Origin: an uncultured bacterium
Lineage (GTDB): Bacteria > Babelota > Babeliae > Babelales > Vermiphilaceae
DNA: 64,000 nucleotides
Assembly (NCBI GenBank): GCA_963713925.1
Contig: OY970212.1
Span: 1,254,722 to 1,318,721, forward strand
Direction: 5' to 3'
The first letter of the stretch is position 1; each line of letters opens with the position of its first letter. Position numbers and translations under genes: made by a program. Positions 57,809 to 64,000 of the stretch are shown one piece after another. The notes below the pieces were generated by a model. That model was given only the letters and a program-made list of their open reading frames with translations. It had not been told where the DNA came from and ran no database searches.

Positions 57809-60262
57809 ATGATGAATACTGAAACAAAACGACATATTGATAATGCGCGCAAAGTATTAGTGGGAGTAGTTCCTAATCCCATATCGCAAATTGATCAAAT
57901 CACCAATGCGTTGATTTATAAGTTTATGGACGACATGGATGAAGAAGCGATCAAAGCGGGTGGCGAACCATCATTTTTTGTCGACGATCTTGCACAATAT
58001 TCGTGGACTCGTCTTATGGATCCGGCTTTGGGCAATAACGAACGCCTGAATCTTTATTCGGAAGCACTAACCAAATTTTCTCAAGCAAAACAATTACCTG
58101 AGTTATTTAGAGATATTTTCAAGGCAGCATTTTTGCCTTATCGATCGCCTGAAACACTCGGATTATTCCTTAAAGAGGTTTCTCATTTCAATTATTCTCA
58201 TCCTGAAGAATTGGGCAATGCATATGAATATTTACTTTCGATCATGTCCAGCCAGGGCGATGCAGGACAGTTTAGAACACCCCGACACATAATAGATTTC
58301 ATTGTTTCGGTTGTTAATCCGACCAAAGATGATAAGGTGCTCGATCCTGCTTGTGGCACCGGCGGCTTTTTAGTTAGTGCGTATCGACATATACTCAATC
58401 AACATACTGTACAGAATGCACTTACTCCGGCCGAGCGTAAAAAATTGATGAACAATTTTGAAGGGTATGACATTGACCCGAGCATGGTGCGCATGGCGCA
58501 AGTCAATATGTATCTGCACCAATTTAAAAACCCCAGAATTTATAACTACGACACGCTGACTAGTGACAACCGATGGAATGATACATTCGATGTGATTCTT
58601 GCAAATCCTCCTTTCATGTCGCCAAAAGGAGGCATCAAACCACATAATAAATTCGGTCTTTCATCAAGTCGTTCGGAAGTGCTTTTTGTCGATTACATAA
58701 TGAATCACCTTCGACCAAGGGGCAGGGCCGGCATCATTGTTCCTGACGGCGTTATCTTTCGACCGGGAACAGAGTACAAAACCTTGCGTAAAAATCTTCT
58801 TGAAACTGGGCTTTACGCCGTCGTAAGCTTGCCATCCGGCGTATTTCAGCCATATAGTGGTGTCAATACAAGCATTTTGTTGTTTGATCCGGAACGTGCA
58901 AAAAAAAGCACGGAACTATTGTTCATGAAAATAGAAAACGACGGGTTTGATCTTGGTGCTCAGCGTAGACCGATTGATAAAAATGATCTTCTCAAAGCAG
59001 TAGAAATTTTGAAAGCATGGCAGATGGGTGAAAAAGTAGATGACAAGGCTGCGTTGTATGTTGAAAAATCAAAAATTGCCGAATCAGGAGATTATTATCT
59101 GATTGGCGATCGTTATCGGATAGCACAAACCGATAACAGTAAGTTTAATCCCATTGAACTTGGTAAACTTCTAGTTGAAAAGTCTACTCGAGTTGGTAAC
59201 CCTGCTGATGCTAATATTCAAGTTTGGTCAGTTTCCAACAAACAAGGATTTATCGTATCCAACGAATATTTCGATAAACAGGTTGCTTCTGCTGATATTT
59301 CAAATTATAAGATTATTGGCCCTAGTGATTTCGCATATAATCCATCTCGTATTAACGTTGGATCTATAGCCTTGAATTATACAAGTAATATAGGTGCCGT
59401 AAGCCCTATGTACACAGTGTTTTCAATCAAAAACAATGATATGATCTCAAACCAATATATGTATAGCGTATTAAAGAGTGAAAAAATTAGAGAGTATATT
59501 CTGCACTTATCTCAAGGGACTGTTCGTCAACAATTACGATTTGATGATCTCAAGTTAATTCAAATCCCTCTCCCTCCTCTCGAAGTTCAAAATCAAATAG
59601 TCGCTGAACTCCATGGCTATGCAGGAATTATTTCCAGTGCTCGCAAAATTGTTGAAAATTGGAAACCGAAAATTGATATTGATCCGACATGGCCGATGGT
59701 AAAGTTAGGGGGTGTGTGTGATAATTTTCAATACGGAAGCTCAAAAAAATCATCACTTGAAGGAGAAATACCTTGTCTGAGAATGGGTAACATTCAGAAT
59801 GGTGAGATTGATTGGACTGATTTGAAATACGCTACACCTGATGAGGAATTTGAAAAATATTTTCTGAGTGATGGTGATGTTTTATTCAACAGAACCAATA
59901 GTCCCGCTCTTGTTGGAAAAACAGCAATATTTCGAGGCAAGAAGCCTGCCGTATTTGCAGGTTATTTGATAAGGATATTGTATTACAAAGACAAACTTCT
60001 CGGCGATTATTTGAATTATTGTCTCAATTCAGAGTCTGCAAAAGAATATTTTCAACAGGTTAAAACAGACGGAGTAAGTCAATCGAACATAAATGCACAA
60101 TTACTTTCAAGACTTGAAATCCCCCTCCCCCCTCTCGAACTTCAAAAACAAATAATTGAAAAAATCGAATCAGAGCGCATATTGGTCGAATCTACAAAAA
60201 AATTAATATCGATTTATGAACAAAAAAGCAAAGAAGTAATTGCCAAGCTTTGGAATGAATAA
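57809..60262 (+). CDS. hsdM: Fused type I HsdM-HsdS (N6-adenine MTase + two target-recognition domains)
   Basis: GQFRTPRHI, DPACGTGGFL, NPPF, then two S half-domains each ending IPLPPLE.Q..I. Confidence 0.92.
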   Translation: MMNTETKRHIDNARKVLVGVVPNPISQIDQITNALIYKFMDDMDEEAIKAGGEPSFFVDDLAQYSWTRLMDPALGNNERLNLYSEALTKFSQAKQLPELFRDIFKAAFLPYRSPETLGLFLKEVSHFNYSHPEELGNAYEYLLSIMSSQGDAGQFRTPRHIIDFIVSVVNPTKDDKVLDPACGTGGFLVSAYRHILNQHTVQNALTPAERKKLMNNFEGYDIDPSMVRMAQVNMYLHQFKNPRIYNYDTLTSDNRWNDTFDVILANPPFMSPKGGIKPHNKFGLSSSRSEVLFVDYIMNHLRPRGRAGIIVPDGVIFRPGTEYKTLRKNLLETGLYAVVSLPSGVFQPYSGVNTSILLFDPERAKKSTELLFMKIENDGFDLGAQRRPIDKNDLLKAVEILKAWQMGEKVDDKAALYVEKSKIAESGDYYLIGDRYRIAQTDNSKFNPIELGKLLVEKSTRVGNPADANIQVWSVSNKQGFIVSNEYFDKQVASADISNYKIIGPSDFAYNPSRINVGSIALNYTSNIGAVSPMYTVFSIKNNDMISNQYMYSVLKSEKIREYILHLSQGTVRQQLRFDDLKLIQIPLPPLEVQNQIVAELHGYAGIISSARKIVENWKPKIDIDPTWPMVKLGGVCDNFQYGSSKKSSLEGEIPCLRMGNIQNGEIDWTDLKYATPDEEFEKYFLSDGDVLFNRTNSPALVGKTAIFRGKKPAVFAGYLIRILYYKDKLLGDYLNYCLNSESAKEYFQQVKTDGVSQSNINAQLLSRLEIPLPPLELQKQIIEKIESERILVESTKKLISIYEQKSKEVIAKLWNE

Positions 60263-60284
60263 GAAAAACAAATGGAGGCTTTTC

Positions 60285-61049
60285 ATGGAATCACAATATA
60301 ATCCACAGAGAACCCAAAACATATTCTCAGCTTCGAGCGAAAAACCGTATAAATTGAGTCGCTCAAGAATAGAAACGTTCATGCGCTGCAAACGCTGCTT
60401 CTTTCTTGATCGCAAGTGCGGCACCGACCAGCCTCCTATGTTTGCCTATACCTTGAACAATGCAGTGGATGCATTACTGAAAGCCGAATTTGATCAATAT
60501 CGATTAATTCAAAAGCCTCATCCTTATTTGATTCAAAATGGGGTCGATGCAATTCCATTTGCTCATCCGGAACTTGATAACTGGCGTATAAACCAACGGG
60601 GGATCAAATATCATCACGAGTCGACAAATTTCATCGTGCATGGAGCCATTGATGATGTTTGGATTAACCCGCAGGGCGAATTAATAATCGTCGATTACAA
60701 AGCGACCAGCTCAAAAAAAGAAGTAACCTTGGACGATCGTGATTCCTACAAACGACAGATGGAAATCTACCAATGGCTGTTTCGCAAAAATGGGTTCAAA
60801 GTTTCCGATACGGGCTATTTTGTGTATTGTAACGGCGATGCGAGCGGTAATGATTTCACGGGATCGTTGCGATTCAAAATTTCGCTCTTGCCCTACACGG
60901 GAAATGATTCTTGGATTGAAGATACCATTGCAAAAATTTATGAGCTTCTCATTAATGATGAGCTGCCGGCGCCGACTGAAAACTGTAACTATTGCGGCTA
61001 TCTTGCCGCCGCCACAAAACACGTTCAAAGATACGAATCGGCGAAATAA
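60285..61049 (+). CDS. Cas4-like PD-(D/E)XK nuclease
   Basis: LSRSRI...C.RC, GAIDD...IVDYK, QMEIY, C-terminal CNYC. Confidence 0.85.
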   Translation: MESQYNPQRTQNIFSASSEKPYKLSRSRIETFMRCKRCFFLDRKCGTDQPPMFAYTLNNAVDALLKAEFDQYRLIQKPHPYLIQNGVDAIPFAHPELDNWRINQRGIKYHHESTNFIVHGAIDDVWINPQGELIIVDYKATSSKKEVTLDDRDSYKRQMEIYQWLFRKNGFKVSDTGYFVYCNGDASGNDFTGSLRFKISLLPYTGNDSWIEDTIAKIYELLINDELPAPTENCNYCGYLAAATKHVQRYESAK

Positions 61050-61066
61050 ATGCCTGCTTCACTTGA

Positions 61067-62239
61067 TTAATTGCATCGCAGCTGATGTTTTTTAAAATTT
61101 TTCAATCGCAAGGGTTTAAATTCCTTGAGCTGCTTGCGTATCTCCACGAATGGGCTTTCCATCAATGGCAATGATATGTTCTTAGCATCGGACAAAAGCC
61201 GTTGCCACGATCTATTTTTTGAACTATTCGAGCGTGTGTTTCCCGTAAAGATAGTTCGTAATTCTCTTAAGCCATTATCCTCAGCGGCTTTTTTTAATCC
61301 ATATATCGCGAATAGTTTCAAGATGCTCATGCCGGGATTATGCACAACGAGCGAAGCCAATAAATCAGATGTTTTATGATCCAAAAGTGCAGGTCTGCCT
61401 TGCTCAATTTTATCAAAATAATCCAACAGAATGCTTTGCGAAATATTCCCATCAAAAATAGCCTTGAGCGTGACCTCTTCGACCATGCCGAACTGCGCCA
61501 ATAATGGCTTTAACTTTTGCCGGTTGTTAATCCTCACTTCCATCCTGAGCACCTCAAACTTGCCTTGTTCTCTGAGAATGGCAGCAATATTTTGCTGCAT
61601 GCTATTGTCATCTTCTATGGCTCGCTTGTCGCTTCTTTTTGCCATTTCAAGATCTTTTATTTTATCGTAAAACGTTACTTCGTATGAATTACAATGCCAT
61701 TTAAATGAATGGCCTTCATTACGAAAATCTGTTTGGTTTACGTCAAGCGAACGCGTTACGTTTGCTTCCCTGATTTTGTTGATGTAATGATACGGCGTTG
61801 AGCCATCGATTAGCGTAATATTTTTGCTGAAATGTACGGCCGATAAAAGTGCTTGAGCAGCAAGGGTATAAGCAGTCGTAATTATTCCCATTTCCTCAAG
61901 TTTTTGTTCGAGCTTTTTCATAATGGGTATAAGGTCTTCTTTTGTAAGTTCTTCAAAATTATTTCCGAAATAGAGCTTTGGCAATGACAACTCAACTTTA
62001 AGACTCACATCAAATTCTCCGGTACGGTTTATTCGCTTGGTCAAAGTGAGTCGAGGTTTGTAGTTTCCCTCAAGTTGATCTTTTTTGGTCGGATTCTGCT
62101 TTGCAGAAATATAACCATATCTGCCCAATGGTGCGGCATCATTCAATATAAAGGCAGCGGATGGCTCAAACTTATCGGGATCACGTATGTGAAACATTTG
62201 TTCATTCTGACTCAATATCAGCACTACGGTGTCTATCAT
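61067..62239 (-). CDS. Probable rolling-circle-type replication initiator (phage gene II/CRI-like)
   Basis: MIDTV start, VELSLPKL.FGNN, VHFSKN, VTFYDK, LRMEVR motifs. Confidence 0.65.
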   Translation of the reverse strand: MIDTVVLILSQNEQMFHIRDPDKFEPSAAFILNDAAPLGRYGYISAKQNPTKKDQLEGNYKPRLTLTKRINRTGEFDVSLKVELSLPKLYFGNNFEELTKEDLIPIMKKLEQKLEEMGIITTAYTLAAQALLSAVHFSKNITLIDGSTPYHYINKIREANVTRSLDVNQTDFRNEGHSFKWHCNSYEVTFYDKIKDLEMAKRSDKRAIEDDNSMQQNIAAILREQGKFEVLRMEVRINNRQKLKPLLAQFGMVEEVTLKAIFDGNISQSILLDYFDKIEQGRPALLDHKTSDLLASLVVHNPGMSILKLFAIYGLKKAAEDNGLRELRTIFTGNTRSNSSKNRSWQRLLSDAKNISLPLMESPFVEIRKQLKEFKPLRLKNFKKHQLRCN

Positions 62240-62501
62240 GAGAACTCATTACTTCTTCAAATTTTGCTATCACTGCTTGTTCAATTTGACTGGCTATTGT
62301 GTTGTTGATGGGATGGAAAATGTTGAAACTACCCGTAGAAAATTTTTTAGTCGGATAGGTCAGGCGATAGCCACCTTGCTGTCGGGTGTATATGCCTATT
62401 GATCCCAAGAAAAAAGAATTCTCAAATACAATGCTTGCGAATCCGACCAGCCCTCCTTGTGGCTTAATCGGTATTATTTGTATCTCGCTTATGCGATTCA
62501 T
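62202..62501 (-). CDS. SpoVG-family nucleic-acid-binding protein
   Basis: ISEIQI.P......GFASIVF...F...I......G....YP........FHPIN pattern. Confidence 0.75.
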   Translation of the reverse strand: MNRISEIQIIPIKPQGGLVGFASIVFENSFFLGSIGIYTRQQGGYRLTYPTKKFSTGSFNIFHPINNTIASQIEQAVIAKFEEVMSSHDRHRSADIESE

Positions 62502-62661
62502 TTGACCACCGTTTCGTTACGTTAAGCCTCCGATCAATTTTTGCGAGCAACTCGATAAAATTGACTGCCCGAGCAAGTTCTACGGGCGATAAAGGCCCTG
62601 TGTGCTTCTCAGGAGATTGATCGTTAATGAGTTTTGAACTGACTTTACTTTTTTTAACCAT
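62464..62661 (-). CDS. Small conserved element protein
   Basis: Overlaps the SpoVG start; homolog at 51845..52138. Confidence 0.6.
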   Translation of the reverse strand: MVKKSKVSSKLINDQSPEKHTGPLSPVELARAVNFIELLAKIDRRLNVTKRWSNESHKRDTNNTD

Positions 62662-62720
62662 AAGTAAAGTGTGACGTAAGAGTTACGGGGTCGAGCGAGT
62701 CCCGATCGAGGCTCGTAAAT

Positions 62721-63815
62721 TTATTTCAGGTATTGTGGATTAATGCTGATTTTCGATTTCTCAAGAACTAAAAAATCATTTACTCCCACTTTTTCCAATA
62801 CTACGGAATTGACACCGTTACGGGCTCCATATATGGCGTCCTTATCAGCTCTTTCGAGAGTAAAATGACCGATTTTTTTCCGATTTGCTTTTGCGTAAAT
62901 CTCTTCCAAAGAAAATTTTTTATCTTGCGCTTTGCCGTTTTTGAAGAAGCATTTTAACAAAGAAGCACGTATACTTTTTGGCTCAAAATCAATCGATACA
63001 CCATTGATCTTAAGAATACTTTCGGCCGCTTTATATGTGGGGCAGCCTTGTTTTTTTGGCGTGCCTGCTCGTGACGGCTTCTGCTTTTCGAACCATGCCA
63101 TCGTGTAATCTTCAAGGCGATGCAGGTGGTGTTTGGTCTCAGGAACGGAAATGGATTCGGCTGCTTTTTCAGGATCATGCATGAGATATGCGTTGGCAAT
63201 TGAATCCCAGCTATGCCAAACAGTCGTAGATCTCATTTTTTCAAATCGTTGCTTTTCTTTTTCCCATAAATCGAGGGTTGGAACGAAGGTAAACTGACTG
63301 ATTTCGTTCTTATCGAGAAGTTTTGCGAATTGCCCAACAAATTCATGGTAATTCGGAGAATCCTTCGGAAGAAAAAACAACGCGAATCTTATATTTTTGT
63401 ATTGGCTTGGGGTGGAGTTTAAACCCAATTCCGGCGGAAGATTTTCGGCCGCTTTAAAGCATGCCAATTGTTCACGAAAATCACGTGCTTGTATATCGTA
63501 TTCAGCCGCATATACCTCTATTTTTTCATACACCTCACGAATTTCTTGCCGTGTTTGAACCTCGAGTTGATTGCAAATTTTCGCATCATCCGAATATAAG
63601 GCTATTACAGCGGCTTGCAGCGGCGCCATGAAAGGCAAATCGTAAAGTCCAATGATTTCATATATAACAAGCGTCAAAACGTATGCCGTTTCCGCTTGAT
63701 ATGCTCTTGTAAAAAGAAGTCTCAATTTATCAGCAATAGATTCAAGCTCATGGGAACTCTTGGTTTTTGACACGTTCACTACCTTTTCAAATATCATCAG
63801 CTGTTGTCGTGTCAA
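62721..63815 (-). CDS. Hypothetical protein with probable C-terminal winged-helix domain
   Basis: 364-aa ORF with basic C-terminal ILKING...SLEEIY...AIYGARNGVN region. TTGGAT-17 nt-TATAAT just upstream suggests a later start (~63797). Confidence 0.6.
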   Translation of the reverse strand: MTRQQLMIFEKVVNVSKTKSSHELESIADKLRLLFTRAYQAETAYVLTLVIYEIIGLYDLPFMAPLQAAVIALYSDDAKICNQLEVQTRQEIREVYEKIEVYAAEYDIQARDFREQLACFKAAENLPPELGLNSTPSQYKNIRFALFFLPKDSPNYHEFVGQFAKLLDKNEISQFTFVPTLDLWEKEKQRFEKMRSTTVWHSWDSIANAYLMHDPEKAAESISVPETKHHLHRLEDYTMAWFEKQKPSRAGTPKKQGCPTYKAAESILKINGVSIDFEPKSIRASLLKCFFKNGKAQDKKFSLEEIYAKANRKKIGHFTLERADKDAIYGARNGVNSVVLEKVGVNDFLVLEKSKISINPQYLK

Positions 63816-63835
63816 TTATACCGGTTTACCTTGTG

Positions 63836-63949
63836 TCATCCAACCATTGCGGGTTGGATGCCCAAGGACGAACATACCGTTTTGATATGTTGCAGGCTTA
63901 TGGTAAACTCAATTTCGTAGTTCCTGAATGTATCAACTAGGGGACGCCA
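63836..63949 (-). other. Detached native 3' end of the integrase gene (37 codons + stop)
   Basis: Read from the att core it encodes WRPLVDTFRNYEIEFTISLQHIKTVCSSLGIQPAMVG*, in frame with integrase Trp483. Confidence 0.88.
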
Positions 63950-63997
63950 GTCTTCGCTTATCCACCTTGCGATATTTGGCAAGCTACGGCGGGCAGG
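63950..63997 (+). repeat. Family B palindromic repeat (CTTCGCT...AGCTACGGCGGGCAGG) on the chromosomal side of the att site
   Basis: Closely similar to the reverse complement of 22704-22750; a related copy follows tRNA-Lys (53397-53429). Confidence 0.75.
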
Positions 63998-64000
63998 CGC

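Larger units (their letters stand above)
53565..63949. mobile_element. ~10.4 kb integrative element in the tRNA-Glu 3' end
   Basis: Direct repeat GGGGACGCCA at 53565-53574 and 63940-63949 brackets the integrase, R-M, nuclease, Rep and SpoVG genes. Confidence 0.92.

Noticed and set aside
53575..63949. Prophage or conjugative ICE
   Set aside because: No capsid, terminase, tail, relaxase-coupling or T4SS genes are recognisable between the att sites.

Overview
AT-rich bacterial chromosome segment. The many short signal-peptide hypotheticals, ankyrin proteins, a Legionella-type porin and a PLD suggest a protist-associated bacterium such as Ca. Dependentiae/TM6; this is inference, as no rRNA marker is present. 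Housekeeping genes: tamB-like, photolyase, dcd, moxR, a partial type II secretion cluster with two secretins, eno, potABCD, metG, glyA, MFS, an RlmM-like methyltransferase, tRNA-Lys(TTT) and tRNA-Glu(TTC). Main results: (1) A complete ~10.4 kb element is integrated at the 3' end of tRNA-Glu (core GGGGACGCCA at 53565-53574 and 63940-63949). Its large serine recombinase contains its own attP, so integration swaps the C-terminal tail. A decayed relative at 48090-48362 preserves the joined form. The element carries a compact type I R-M system with fused M-S, a Cas4-like nuclease, a rolling-circle-type Rep and SpoVG. (2) An intact IS110 element (21474-22670) has a bridge RNA whose target and donor guides can be read directly against its insertion site and ends. 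(3) Several nested palindromic repeat/MITE families occur, some inserted in frame in genes. (4) A candidate GG-processed hydrophobic toxin is followed by small membrane partners. No CRISPR array was found. All assignments are from motif reading by eye; no searches were run.
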